DNA of 64,000 bases. It comes from Yuukianura sp. NJ FZ-2021 (Eukaryota). The notes beneath the pieces were generated by a model. It had not been told where the DNA came from. It made no database searches and saw only the letters and a program-made list of their open reading frames with translations. The stretch lies in contig CM102285.1 in the NCBI GenBank assembly GCA_046563655.1, positions 11,036,001 to 11,100,000 on the forward strand, written 5' to 3'. Positions 35,101 through 50,100 of this stretch are shown here, one piece after another. Position 1 is the first letter of the stretch. Each line of letters begins with the position of its first letter. The translations under genes and the position numbers were made by a program.

Positions 35101-38100
35101 TCTTGAAAAAACAAGATCTTTTCCAATTTTGTGTTTCAAGTTTGTGCAAAGTTCTTATACAAGTTACGTTGGTTATTTTTTATTCATGCCTTTTCTCCAG
35201 TTGAGTTGCTCTCGGTTTCTTTTGTTACTTGAGAGGAAGACGGACTTGAGAGTGATTTAGTTTTTAATCCCATTTGTTCTGTTGGTTCTTCTCGGAGAAA
35301 AGAGACTTTCTCCATGTGAACTGAAGGGAATTACTTCCGCCGTTGTCAACGATTGAAGCCCAGTTGTGCGGAGTGTGGTTAATAATGAATTTGTTCCTAA
35401 GCAACAACTGAAGGTTAAACTGGCAGTAGAGGGAAGGAATTCAAATTGGTGCTCAGAGGAGGTTTGAATGGAACCTGAATTCAGAAAGTGCCATGAACTT
35501 TCACCCTAGTACCTCAACGTGCTCTGTGTACCTTTACGTTTTGTTCGTGGAACATTGAAAAAGTGAAGTTAGTGTTTCCTTCCCTACTGTATTGTTAAGG
35601 GAATTTGGAAATAAAATGTCGGGTATCGTATTTCTCTCTTCTTGAAATTGAAAGTTGGTTGTTTTAGCCTTTCCATGTCTTGGAATTGGAATTACTGAGG
35701 TGAGAGTATCATATGTCGGAATTCACGCTTCGGCAGTAATTGTCACGACACGAAATTCGGAAAGCTAAATTACTGTAACACTAACTTCCTGTTTTTTCGG
35801 GTCAAGCCGGGGCAAGTGTTAAAAATCACAACAAAATTTTAACTGCAATTTGATTTGATTCGGAAAATTCGGCTCAGTTTCTGCAAAAATTTTAATACTT
35901 TGGTGTCGCCTCTTCAGTTTTTATAAAAGTTCTTGTTACTTTTTTCATTGTTTTTAAAAAGTTCTGTTAGGATTTACGTTTTCATAATCCTTTTTTCTGT
36001 TTCTGTGTCATAATTTATAATTCATACTTTCAATTGTTTCTGTTTTTGGTGATAATTTATGTATGCATTCGTGCATTCATGACTGACGTGAATTCGGAAA
36101 GGAAGTTACAAATTGAAATTGGATTGTTCTGAAACATAGCTCGTTTGCAACTTTTGAAACAGAACAGGCACATCTAACATTTAGACGAGAAAAGTTTTTG
36201 AACTGGAGAGCTTGGATTAAAGGGTTAAGTGGAGTCGCATGACGGTTTGTATTCCTAAGTTCTAGTTTCAGTAGGATAATTCCATTTGGAGTAAATGCAT
36301 GTAAAACATGTACTATGCGGGATAGTGAAGGTCAAAGGTTAGCCTGAGTCGGATGACTTGAGAAAATCCATACTTACTTATGTAGTAACAAGAGTTTATA
36401 TACTTCCAGACACTCTGGTTTAGTAGAGTAGGATTTTCTGGAGATGATTTAGCGGAAAAATAAGCTTTGAGCTCCATTCCACCAACCATTCGCTCATCTT
36501 TTGAATGGATACTGGTAGGATGCGGATTTATTCATGTTGAAAGTGGCTAAATTGAGTCCTGGAAAAGCAGAATTTGTATGTGGGTGTTTCTTTTTTGAAA
36601 GAAAATGAATTGAATTTGAGACAGCTAAAATACCTATGCTTCCTGGGGCTGGCGCTGCCCGACGACAGCTCAAGCGTTTAGGTTGCATTCGAGCGGACTT
36701 TGATACGAAATGTGCGTGTGGGTTGTAGTTGTAGTTTTGGATGATTCATGTTTTGATGAGTTTTTGGGTTCTTTTTAAGCAGAAATTGTAAGTGTAGCTA
36801 TCTATGTTTTGTAAGTGATGAAGTGGGAGGCTGGGAGTCTGTGGTGCATTATACTGTTGCTGGGAATGAAGATGAAGTTGGTAGATTTGGGCTAGAATAA
36901 ATGCAATTTCCTCCTATTCATATCAAAGTTATTATCAGCATGGGAAGACTTTCTTTTTCGCTAGCACAGAATGACCTTCGTATCCTGTGTTAATATTTCG
37001 TGCGTAACGTTAGTTTGTTCATACATTTTTACTTGGTTGGTTAGTTTTTATGAGGTTTACTCTGGAATATGTTTTACCTTTAGCAGAACTGCAGCAGCCG
37101 AGGTGTCAGAAGATGACAAACGAGTTTTCGATAAAGGTCTGATAACGTGTACGGAGAAAGTTGTGTGCTTGGCATCTTGGATTTTTCAGGTTATAGTGAA
37201 AGTGGTATTATTTGAAATTTTGGATTTTGGTTTGAGACTTTTTTGGGGATTTTAATTTCTGTTAGGTTCGTTGTGTTTTTTTCCCCTGTTACACAAATTG
37301 CGTAATTTTTCATATTTTTGGAAGATTTTTTTTTAGTTCTGTTTGGAGAAAGTTCTGTGGTTTAATTGGCATCTCGGATTTTTCCGTTTGAGGTGAATCC
37401 TGAACAATTTTTTAGAGTTTTTCGAACTCTTTAAGAAAAGTTGAAGATTATTTTTACTTTTCGAGTTTATTTTTTCTTAATCTTGTTATGTCTTTATGTC
37501 TTTTTATTTTTACGTATGTCGTCCATGAATTTTGTTAAGTGCTTTCACTTCTCTGAAGCTGTCAACTTTGTTTCTTCATTTACTAGTTTTAAGGGCAATA
37601 AACTACTGTGTAAAAGCCTTAACTTCGTTGGAGTTTTGAGTTTGTAATGAGAAGCTTAGGCAGTTAAGAAGCTAAGTTATGGGAGAGGAAGGGTGGAGTT
37701 GATTTTTGGTCAAGTAGTAAATGAACTTGGATTTTGGCTTTCACTTTGAGTTTGTTACTTTTGTTAGGTTATGGTTAGTCTAACTAACCTAGAGAGATGC
37801 TCGGATGCTGGGGACGTGAGGAAGGGAGGTACGAAAGTTGATTTCGTCGTGTTGTCTCTGTGCTAAGACTAGAGCACAGGAGTGCGTAATGGAAGATGCA
37901 AGTACGGAAGGAAGGAGATAGCGATGCCATAAATCTTTGAAGGACTCTGAGAGGAGCATCTGTCGCCGTTCCCTGCTCAAAACGCAAAGTGTAACCTAAT
38001 ACAGTGCTAGAAGAAGAGAAAAGACATGGAAATTTTGGGCACTTACCCCTTCCTTGAGCACTTTTGCACTAGAATCTGTGCTTTAGAAGACAACTTTAGA

Positions 38101-41100
38101 CGCTAGAACGTCAAAAGTTGTCGTTTCCTTGAGGTCAGTCACTTTCCATTTTCTGCTTGGATGGAACTTGGATAGTTTCGTCTTGGTTTGTAAAATATTG
38201 GGTAAAGATGTCTTGGATTTTGGATTTCTTGGAGCTGTTTTGCCTAGTTTTTGCCGAAATTGGAAGTTTTGAGTGTCGGAGAAGGTGGATTCGTTTTTTT
38301 TTCTCGGCGAAATTGAATGTGTGTGCATTCGGAGGAAGTTGATTTATTGGGTTGTTAACCCGTTTGGACCATTTCGAGTTAACTTTCACAATGGAAAGGA
38401 GTTAAATGTCATGAGAGTTGGGTGTCGTATAGGAGTTACAAGTGTAATAAGTTAGGTAACTACGTAGGTGTGGCTTGGCCGGTGCCCTTTTAGTCTACCT
38501 TGTTCTTCAAATCTTTGGCAACCACCCAAGATTTTAAGTCGGAGGGAGAAGGGCGCGGTTTTTCAGTGCATTTTGATGAGTGAAGAGTTGAGAAGCTAAG
38601 GGAGTCGGGAGTGCTAAACACTTTCGGTTTTTTTGAGGGGTGCAGTGATAATACTCTTTAAAAATCAGCGTCAACTCCAAACGCACTTGGAGAAGTGGCG
38701 AATGAGTTTTCGGTTGTTTCTATTCGGTTTTCGGTTTTTAGAAACTCATTGAGTATCTTTCTTGTTGTCGTTTAACACTTTGCTTTGACTGAGTTTTGTT
38801 TTTAGATTTCATTCATTCCGGGTTTTCTCTTGACTAGGTTCCAAAAAAGTCAAAATTCAATTCCTCACTTTATTTTCCGTATCCTCCTCCACCCTGCTTT
38901 TAGCTCCGTTGGGAGTTTGAGTTTGGTATTTTTAGTTTAGCGTTTTTTTCAACTTTGACTTTTGGGTGGCTGGTGGGAACTTTAAGTCTGGGTGTAGTCA
39001 GTTTACTGTCTAAAAAATCTCTGCTTTAATTTCTTTTCCTGGCTGGAAAACAGTGGAATTGAGTCTGTTATATTATAGTTTGGATAGGAATTTAATAATG
39101 GTGGGATTATTTGCCAAGTGGAAACGGATCTCGCCTTCACACGTATGCCATTGACCTAGAAAAGACAGAGAGAATCTAAAGGATTTGGCATCGAATTTTA
39201 TCCATTACATTTTGTGAATTCTCAGCACATTTGGTGTGAAGATGAGAATTGAGAGGCTCAACTAAGGTCAAGTTTATATGTCTGAATGTTTTTGTGATGA
39301 CGGGGGTATAGTAGGCTTAAGTAGGATTTGGTAATTTTGCAATAACGTCTAATTTCGCCAAGGGTGGTGGTGGGAATTTAAAGATTTGAGGATGATTTAG
39401 TGGTCAATTGCTAGGATCCTCACGTCCTCTAAAAGATGGGGCGTGTCAAGAGGAGGCTTTTTGGCTTTTGGAATTTGAGAGAATAAGGTTTTTTGATTAT
39501 AATTTGATTCTCTGAGGGCATTGGGCTGTAATTATAATTTTTAAATTTTTATTATCTTGATGTTTAATACTGAATATGCATTTGAAATTACGGAGACGGA
39601 AGAGTATGCGAACTCATTTTATTTTGCAATATTGTGGAATGGAGATGACGCAATAATGTTTAGAATTTTACGTGCATCATGATTTGGAAGATGAGCTTTT
39701 CTCGTCTGGGATTTACAGAAGATGCAGAGACGCTGAGATCATTGATAAACAAAGGGAATAAGAAAAAGACGGACGGGATTTGAAAATTGTTACGAGAGGT
39801 AGAGAGACTTATTGTTGGGCATTAGAATTTAGGACTTGGTTAGAAGTTTATGGTTTGAAGCGAATGTAGGTAGATGGGCAGAGTGGGACCTATTAAACGT
39901 TCCTATTCGTTTATTTTTTGCATTTACGGTGCTTCTGATGCCACCAGGACTGAAATTCAACCTTTTCCGGAGCATTTGTAAGCAGCAGTGACGGTAGAAG
40001 TGAATACGAATTCGAGGGAATGACTGGGCGAGAGAAATATAACTTTTGGAGTCATCTGGAAAATGAAACTAAATTTGCAGCAGTCAGAGATGCTCCAGTT
40101 TTCTTGGTTTAATATTATTCTGGTGACGTTTTTTTTGTCGCGAAGATTCACTTTCGCTTCGAGACTTCCAAAGCGGCGAGCGGATCTTCTTGCTCTGACT
40201 CACCTTCCAGCGTTGAATAATTTTGTAGGAACCAGTGCCAAAATTTTGGAAGGAGCTGTGTAGCAGAAGAACTTATGGGCTGCTTTCTGCCTGTTTTTTC
40301 TCATAAAGAACCGAAACGACTAACCTTGGCTCGGATATGTCCGTGGTGCTGAAGGAAGTGAAAGGGATTTACATCTCGAATGCCAGGATTGGCATAAATC
40401 TTTTCAGCACAACGTTTAGGAGTTGCCAAAGAACCAATTTGGCTAGCCAGGTTAATGAATTCTTATTAAGATCCACAGCAAGAAAGCGCAAAGATGCTTA
40501 GAGAGGATTAAGGCAGCCTAGCATGTTAAGAGTACTTTGCAAAAATGAAAGAGATTAAAGTGCTTGCAATTTTTGTCTGGAGGGAATGAAACCGGCAAAA
40601 AATGATTTTTTTAAATAGGTGAGTCCCCTCCTGCGCATTTTTCTTTGGTTGATGTCACGTCCAAATTCAGAATTTGCAGAAGGATTGACCTGGGAAGTGG
40701 ATGTTTGCTATTTGTTTAACTGAATGATTCACTTTTTATGGTCATTTTCTTGTTTGTTTAAACTGAAAGATGACAAATTGGATTATGGATCCGGCAGAAT
40801 TCATGCTAAAAATAATCTGGATTTTTAGTTTGAAGTTTAAAGTGAAATTGAGATTTGCAGAGATTGGGGTGTGTTTTGCTACTTGTGAAATGAACTTGGT
40901 GTTAAAAGGTTAAATTGAAATTGATATATCAGACTTTTGACTATGTCTGTAAATAATAATATGTTCATGTTGTGTAGAGGAAACAATTAGTTTCATTAAG
41001 TGCCTTCAATTGAAATGACCGCTAAGGACCAGGGAGGTGATTTATAGTGTGAACAGTTCATCTTCTGACCATTTTGCTCCGAGCTTCACACTTTGCTTTT

Positions 41101-44100
41101 GCTTTATTAAGTTGGAATTTACTGTGACTCGGGGGATGAGTTTTATTATCACTGTAAGTTTTGTACTTTTGGAGAGACGAGCAGAAAGACTTTGGATGTG
41201 AGAAGAGCATTGTCTTATAGGAAAAAGCAATTTCATTGTTCATTCCACGAGTGAGTTCTAGTAAAGAAGGAACCCTGTCATTAAATTGTGATTAATTAAT
41301 GGGTTTGCAAGGTTTAATGTCTTGCTGTTACTGCGAAGTAACCAGGGAGGAGGGTACAGGCTGTGCAAAGTGATTTGTGGAGTTTCGTCGTTTTTAAAGT
41401 TCAACCAAAAGGATGCTGCAGATTTTTGGATTAGTGCGAAACGACGTGCGAATTATTTGGATTGGTGGGGCATGAGAATTTAAGCTGGACGAGAGATGAT
41501 GAACTTCTTAAGGTTCAAGTTGTAGTTTTGCAAACACACAGAAAAAAGAAGTGGGTGGGATTTGAAGTTTAAGTTTAAGTTTAGGCTGATGGTGATGACT
41601 ACGGCAGACGCATATTAGAGTGAACTGATTTCATTTTCATCTTGTCAAGTGAGAACATTTTCGGAACTTTTTGGATTTAGGAGTGACGGAAGAAGCAGAA
41701 CGTAAGAAAGAATGTCCAAGTTTGGAAGGAAAAGATAAGTCTTCTCCTGACATTCATTTTCTCCACTTCTTGTACGAAGCTCAAACTTAGGTTTTAAGTT
41801 TGGGAGGGATTTTGGTTTGTGCTGAAAATCTTTGGAAGTCTTTTCGAAAAGAAGAAAATCTCTTTTGCTTGCTTTTTGAAAGAAGTGGAGTGAATCGTGG
41901 AAGAAGGGAAACTTATCGTGTATTGATTGCCTCCAGATCAGTTCCACTTCTGAGAAAAACCCAGATTTTGTATTTATACATTTCAGTTTGGTGTGGTACT
42001 TTTTCTGCTAGTACCAGAAAATTGAACACTGTTTTTTCGGATCCGAATTTTACGAGAGGACTGGGCTTGTTTTGAATGTGTTGTTAGAGTTTGGGCTTTT
42101 GCGAAAAAGGAAACACGTTGTTGGATTAGTACTATATCTTGGTGAAGTTTGAAGAGTGAAGTGTTTTGTGATGTTTCGGGTTTTTTGTTTCTGATGTTGC
42201 GGATGCTGGGATTTCAAATTTCGGATCTTCTAAAACAACGTCTTGGCTCTTAGTCTAATAAAGTCGGGCTTTTCTCAGTGATTTGACAAGGCAGAAAACC
42301 AATGCCAAAAGATAACTTCAGAGAAGAGAGAATTACGATACTCATCGCCTTTTCCTTTTTTAGAGTTTGCAGAAAGTGACTTTAGAAACACTTTGAGTGA
42401 TGGCTAATTAAGAAGTGCCGGAGAACAAAGTGCTAAAGATTGTTATTTCGGATTTTGGCTTAATTATGGATAGTAGTCGACGGGGAAGAGGGAATAATGG
42501 GGCTGGTCTCCGTCCAATTCCACCGTATATTCCGTATCATCATCACCAGCACCCGCAGTTGACAGAACCAGCATTACCATGGACACCGAATCCGGTGTCA
42601 CTTCCGCCCCGAATTGGACCCGCCCTGGGAGAAAATACCCGGATTTTCCCCTGTCCTCCGTCGGAAGTGCCCACAGTTCCTCCAAGGACGGCAGCTCCAA
42701 CGAATGGGATCAGTGATAATTGGGTTGATTTGGAGGAACTGTATAGATGGCTACAGGAACTCGAAGATACGAAAATAGAAATTCCGAGAAACGACGGAAT
42801 CAGTGATGAAGACAGCATGGGTAAGGAAAACGGGGATTTTTTTGAGAAAAAGAAAAAAAAACAGGATTTTTTGAAAAGAAAAAGCGAGCTTGTTTCCGTT
42901 CGACTTAAACTGAACGACGCTTGAGAAATTAGGTCGGTGCTAAAAAGGAATGAAAAGACTTTAGAACTTAACCGGAGAAAAAGCTTCCTTGGTTTGGTGG
43001 CTTTTGTAAATGGCCTAACGAACTTCTGGAAGTTTCAGGAAATCGAATTAAACAGAGAGAGCTTTTATTTATTTGGTAGACTTTTTGTGGATTCACAGTA
43101 GTTTTCGTTAGCATTTCCTAGAAAATATTGGTGCAGTGCGAATAAATTGCACGAAAGAAGAGAAAGTGTCATTGTCAAAGTCGGTTTTTGAAATAAGCTA
43201 TGCCTAACGTTTGAAGTGGTGCGTGATGGTGTCCATTGTTTTGGTGTATAAGTGACAAGCTCATTTGATTTCAGCATTTTGAGCAGCCGCAAGCATAGGT
43301 TTTGTATTTTTAGACCTTGGAAAAGTGAGTAACGTTTATACAATGGTCATTTGAATGCGAATTGACGATTTGAAATTACTTTATCTCATCAGAGGATTAT
43401 TAAAATGAAATTGAGTTGCTTCTGCGTGCAGACGTTACTAAAAATGGGAAGGTTCATTTGAAATTTTTTGTTTTTGCAATTTCATTTTGTTGTGTTTTTG
43501 CACTTGTACATGTACTCAGGTACTTTTTGGGGAGTTGGAGTTGTGGCTTTGTACATAGGAATGAAAGATCTTGATAAGTGGGTTTTAAAGCACCAAACGC
43601 GTTTTTCGCAATGAGAATGAGTCATCAACGTTCTTTGTGTTGTACAAAAGTATCCACGCAAAAATGTAATCAAAAGGCGAAAAATTCTGTGTTTTGGTTT
43701 TTGCAACTTTTTTTTGAGTTGGGGGAGATTCGCATAATTTTTACGTTGATTACGAATCGAGCTTTGTAATTCCAGTTTTTGTTATTTATTACAAAGTGGA
43801 GGTTCGTGAGCGGAATTCAAAATAGGAACTCATTCCCTTATAAGGTTGGCTGAATCGTAAAATGTCCGGTTTTTTTGCGTGTTGTTTCGTTTTTTCGAGG
43901 TCATGACCTGAGCTTTCCTTTCTTGATGATTTTTTTTGGATTCTGGAAGGAAGATGATTTTTCGGGAGGGAAGATGGTAATTTTGGTATTAAATATTTAG
44001 TGTTCCGTTCTACTTTTTTTTCATCCCGTTGTGTTTCTTATCAAAATGATCGGAAGCTGTGGAGTGAAAGTCCTCATGTTCATCATCCGCTTTCTCCATT

Positions 44101-47100
44101 GTTTCCAAGTGAATGGGATCAAGCCTCTCTCCCTCTCTCTCTGCTGCTTGAACTCTGAACTCTTATTGACATATTGGTTTCAATGGGATTTTGGCTGGTT
44201 GCTTTTTGTTAATGGGAAAAGATAGGCTGGAAGAGGCCTGAGTAGAACGAATTCCATTGTGCCATTTCCCCTTTGTTAATCTCATCTCCTGTTCAAGTGG
44301 AAAAATCTAAGAGCTAGGGGTTTTTCACAAAAAAAAGAGGAAAAATAATGACAACCTGAAGCTGAGCTTTTAGTTTTTTTTACTTTCCCAATTTTTATTT
44401 TCTAGGACTGAATTTTTACAAGAGCGAAGAGCGTAGGCAAAATTATTGCCGTCACTTGCCTTTGTTAGTGCTGAATTTTGTTGGTTTTGGACTAGAGAAA
44501 TTGACTTGAAATTTTGGACGAAAGTAACAACTAAATATGTTTTTAGCTTTGTAGATGTTGTGTATGAGGGGAGATCGACTGCTTTTCAATACGATTTCCT
44601 GCAAGCTTTTTGTTAAAAACACAAGCAAAAATTCCTTGCAGAAAATAGGGACGAACATTTTCTACAAGCTTTTTTCTTGCAGAAAATGGAGGCGTTGTTA
44701 TAAGAAACATGCGGAAAATCCAGATGTTGTTATAAAAAGCTTGCGGAAAATCGAGGCGTTGTTATAAAAAGATTGCGGAAAATCGAGACGTTGTTATAAG
44801 AAACATGCAGAAAATTTGAGGAATTGGAATTTTGAAAAATTCAGCTGAAATTCAGCTTTTGGATATACTTGCCTTGCCGAAAATTCACGCGTACTCTACC
44901 GTCTTGAAATGTCGGTCTCGTGAAAAATTGACCTGTTCTCTAACTTTTTGACGTGTCCAAATTTTTAAAAATTCACTTGTACACTTACTTTTTGAGGATT
45001 TGGAATTTTGAAAAATTCAGCTGAAATTCAACTTTTGGGTATATTTGGCTTGCCGAGGATTCACGCGTACTCTACCGTCTTGAAATGTCGGTCTCGTGAA
45101 AAATTGACCTGTTCTCTAACTTTTTGACGTGTCCAAATTTTTAAAAATTCACTTGTACACTTACTTTTTGAGGATTTGGAATTTTGAAAAATTCAGCTGA
45201 AATTCAACTTTTGGATATATTTGGCTTGCCGAGGATTCACGCGTACTCTACCGTCTTGAAATGTCGGTCTCGTGAAAAATTGACATGTTCTCTAACTTTT
45301 TGACGTGTCCAAATTTTTAAAAATTCACTTGTACACTTACTTTTTGAGGATTTGGAATTTTGAGAAATTCAGCTGAAATTCAACTTTTGGATATATTTGG
45401 TTTGCCGAGGATTCACGCGTACTCTACCGTCTTGAAATGTCGGTCTCGTGAAAAATTGACCTGTTCTCTAACTTTTTGACGTGTCCAAATTTTTAAAAAT
45501 TCACTTGTGCACTTACTTTTTGAGGATTTGGAATTTTGAGAAATTCAGCTGAAATTCAACTTTTGGATATATTTGGCTTGCCGAGGATTCACGCGTACTC
45601 TACCGTCTTGAAATGTCGGTCTCGTGAAAAATTGACCTGTTCTCTAACTTTTTGACGTGTCCAAATTTTTAAAAATTCACTTGTACACTTACTTTTTGAG
45701 GATTTGGAATTTTGAAAAATTCAGCTGAAATTCAACTTTTGGATATATTTGGCTTGCCGAGGATTCACGCGTACTCTACCGTCTTGAAATGTCGGTCTCG
45801 TGAAAAATTGACCTGTTCTCTAACTTTTTGACGTGTCCAAATTTTTAAAAATTCACTTGTACACTTACTTTTTGAGGATTTGGAATTTTGAAAAATTCAG
45901 CTGAAATTCAACTTTTGGATATATTTGGCTTGCCGAGGATTCACGCGTACTCTACCGTCTTGAAATGTCGGTCTCGTGAAAAATTGACCTGTTCTCTAAC
46001 TTTTTGACGTGTCCAAATTTTTAAAAATTCACTTGTACACTTACTTTTTGAGGATTTGGAATTTTGAAAAATTCAGCTGAAATTCAACTTTTGGATATAT
46101 TTGGCTTGCCGAGGATTCACGCGTACTCTACCGTCTTGAAATGTCGGTCTCGTGAAAAATTGACCTGTTCTCTAACTTTTTGACGTGTCCAAATTTTTAA
46201 AAATTCACTTGTACACTTACTTTTTGAGGATTTGGAATTTTGAGAAATTCAGCTGAAATTCAACTTTTGGATATATTTGGCTTGCCGAGGATTCACGCGT
46301 ACTCTACCGTCTTGAAATGTCGGTCTCGTGAAAAATTGACCTGTTCTCTAACTTTTTGACGTGTCCAAATTTTTAAAAATTCACTTGTACACTTACTTTT
46401 TGAGGATTTGGAATTTTGAAAAATTCAGCTGAAATTCAACTTTTGGATATATTTGGCTTGCCGAGGATTCACGCGTACTCTACCGTCTTGAAATGTCGGT
46501 CTCGTGAAAAATTGACCTGTTCTCTAACTTTTTGACGTGTCCAAATTTTTAAAAATTCACTTGTACACTTACTTTTTGAGGATTTGGAATTTTGAGAAAT
46601 TCAGCTGAAATTCAACTTTTGGATATATTTGGCTTGCCGAGGATTCACGCGTACTCTACCGTCTTGAAATGTCGGTCTCGTGAAAAATTGACCTGTTCTC
46701 TAACTTTTTGACGTGTCCAAATTTTTAAAAATTCACTTGTACACTTACTTTTTGAGGATTTGGAATTTTGAGAAATTCAGCTGAAATTCAACTTTTGGAT
46801 ATATTTGGCTTGCCGAGGATTCACGCGTACTCTACCGTCTTGAAATGTCGGTCTCGTGAAAAATTGACCTGTTCTCTAACTTTTTGACGTGTCCAAATTT
46901 TTAAAAATTCACTTGTACACTTACTTTTTGAGGATTTGGAATTTTGAAAAATTCAGCTGAAATTCAACTTTTGGATATATTTGGCTTGCCGAGGATTCAC
47001 GCGTACTCTACCGTCTTGAAATGTCGGTCTCGTGAAAAATTGACCTGTTCTCTAACTTTTTGACGTGTCCAAATTTTTAAAAATTCACTTGTACACTTAC

Positions 47101-50100
47101 TTTTTGAGGATTTGGAATTTTGAAAAATTCAGCTGAAATTCAACTTTTGGATATATTTGGCTTGCCGAGGATTCACGCGTACTCTACCGTCTTGAAATGT
47201 CGGTCTCGTGAAAAATTGACCTGTTCTCTAACTTTTTGACGTGTCCAAATTTTTAAAAATTCACTTGTACACTTACTTTTTGAGGATTTGGAATTTTGAA
47301 AAATTCAGCTGAAATTCAACTTTTGGATATATTTGGCTTGCCGAGGATTCACGCGTACTCTACCGTCTTGAAATGTCGGTCTCGTGAAAAATTGACCTGT
47401 TCTCTAACTTTTTGACGTGTCCAAATTTTTAAAAATTCACTTGTACACTTACTTTTTGAGGATTTGGAATTTTGAAAAATTCAGCTGAAATTCAACTTTT
47501 GGATATATTTGGTTTGCCGAGGATTCACGCGTACTCTACCGTCTTGAAATGTCGGTCTCGTGAAAAATTGACCTGTTCTCTAACTTTTTGACGTGTCCAA
47601 ATTTTTAAAAATTCACTTGTGCACTTACTTTTTGAGGATTTGGAATTTTGAGAAATTCAGCTGAAATTCAACTTTTGGATATATTTGGCTTGCCGAGGAT
47701 TCACGCGTACTCTACCGTCTTGAAATGTCGGTCTCGTGAAAAATTGACCTGTTCTCTAACTTTTTGACGTGTCCAAATTTTTAAAAATTCACTTGTACAC
47801 TTACTTTTTGAGGATTTGGAATTTTGAAAAATTCAGCTGAAATTCAACTTTTGGATATATTTGGCTTGCCGAGGATTCACGCGTACTCTACCGTCTTGAA
47901 ATGTCGGTCTCGTGAAAAATTGACCTGTTCTCTAACTTTTTGACGTGTCCAAATTTTTAAAATTCACTTGTACACTTACTTTTTGAGGATTTGGAATTTT
48001 GAAAAATTCAGCTGAAATTCAACTTTTGGATATATTTGGCTTGCCGAGGATTCACGCGTACTCTACCGTCTTGAAATGTCGGTCTCGTGAAAAATTGACC
48101 TGTTCTCTAACTTTTTGACGTGTCCAAATTTTTAAAAATTCACTTGTACACTTACTTTTTGAGGATTTGGAATTTTGAAAAATTCAGCTGAAATTCAACT
48201 TTTGGATATATTTGGCTTGCCGAGGATTCACGCGTACTCTACCGTCTTGAAATGTCGGTCTCGTGAAAAATTGACCTGTTCTCTAACTTTTTGACGTGTC
48301 CAAATTTTTAAAAATTCACTTGTACACTTACTTTTTGAGGATTTGGAATTTTGAAAAATTCAGCTGAAATTCAACTTTTGGATATATTTGGCTTGCCGAG
48401 GATTCACGCGTACTCTACCGTCTTGAAATGTCGGTCTCGTGAAAAATTGACCTGTTCTCTAACTTTTTGACGTGTCCAAATTTTTAAAAATTCACTTGTA
48501 CACTTACTTTTTGAGGATTTGGAATTTTGAAAAATTCAGCTGAAATTCAACTTTTGGATATATTTGGTTTGCCGAGGATTCACGCGTACTCTACCGTCTT
48601 GAAATGTCGGTCTCGTGAAAAATTGACCTGTTCTCTAACTTTTTGACGTGTCCAAATTTTTAAAAATTCACTTGTGCACTTACTTTTTGAGGATTTGGAA
48701 TTTTGAAAAATTCAGCTGAAATTCAACTTTTGGATATATTTGGCTTGCCGAGGATTCACGCGTACTCTACCGTCTTGAAATGTCGGTCTCGTGAAAAATT
48801 GACCTGTTCTCTAACTTTTTGACGTGTCCAAATTTTTAAAAATTCACTTGTGCACTTACTTTTTGAGGATTTGGAATTTTGAAAAATTCAGCTGAAATTC
48901 AACTTTTGGATATATTTGGCTTGCCGAGGATTCACGCGTACTCTACCGTCTTGAAATGTCGGTCTCGTGAAAAATTGACCTGTTCTCTAACTTTTTGACG
49001 TGTCCAAATTTTTAAAAATTCACTTGTACACTTACTTTTTGAGGATTTGGAATTTTGAAAAATTCAGCTGAAATTCAACTTTTGGATATATTTGGCTTGC
49101 CGAGGATTCACGCGTACTCTACCGTCTTGAAATGTCGGTCTCGTGAAAAATTGACCTGTTCTCTAACTTTTTGACGTGTCCAAATTTTTAAAAATTCACT
49201 TGTACACTTACTTTTTGAGGATTTGGAATTTTGAAAAATTCAGCTGAAATTCAACTTTTGGATATATTTGGCTTGCCGAGGATTCACGCGTACTCTACCG
49301 TCTTGAAATGTCGGTCTCGTGAAAAATTGACCTGTTCTCTAACTTTTTGACGTGTCCAAATTTTTAAAAATTCACTTGTACACTTACTTTTTGAGGATTT
49401 GGAATTTTGAAAAATTCAGCTGAAATTCAACTTTTGGATATATTTGGCTTGCCGAGGATTCACGCGTACTCTACCGTCTTGAAATGTCGGTCTCGTGAAA
49501 AATTGACCTGTTCTCTAACTTTTTGACGTGTCCAAATTTTTAAAAATTCACTTGTACACTTACTTTTTGAGGATTTGGAATTTTGAGAAATTCAGCTGAA
49601 ATTCAACTTTTGGATATATTTGGCTTGCCGAGGATTCACGCGTACTCTACCGTCTTGAAATGTCGGTCTCGTGAAAAATTGACCTGTTCTCTAACTTTTT
49701 GACGTGTCCAAATTTTTAAAAATTCACTTGTACACTTACTTTTTGAGGATTTGGAATTTTGAAAAATTCAGCTGAAATTCAACTTTTGGATATATTTGGC
49801 TTGCCGAGGATTCACGCGTACTCTACCGTCTTGAAATGTCGGTCTCGTGAAAAATTGACCTGTTCTCTAACTTTTTGACGTGTCCAAATTTTTAAAAATT
49901 CACTTGTACACTTACTTTTTGAGGATTTGGAATTTTGAAAAATTCAGCTGAAATTCAACTTTTGGATATATTTGGCTTGCCGAGGATTCACGCGTACTCT
50001 ACCGTCTTGAAATGTCGGTCTCGTGAAAAATTGACCTGTTCTCTAACTTTTTGACGTGTCCAAATTTTTAAAAATTCACTTGTACACTTACTTTTTGAGG

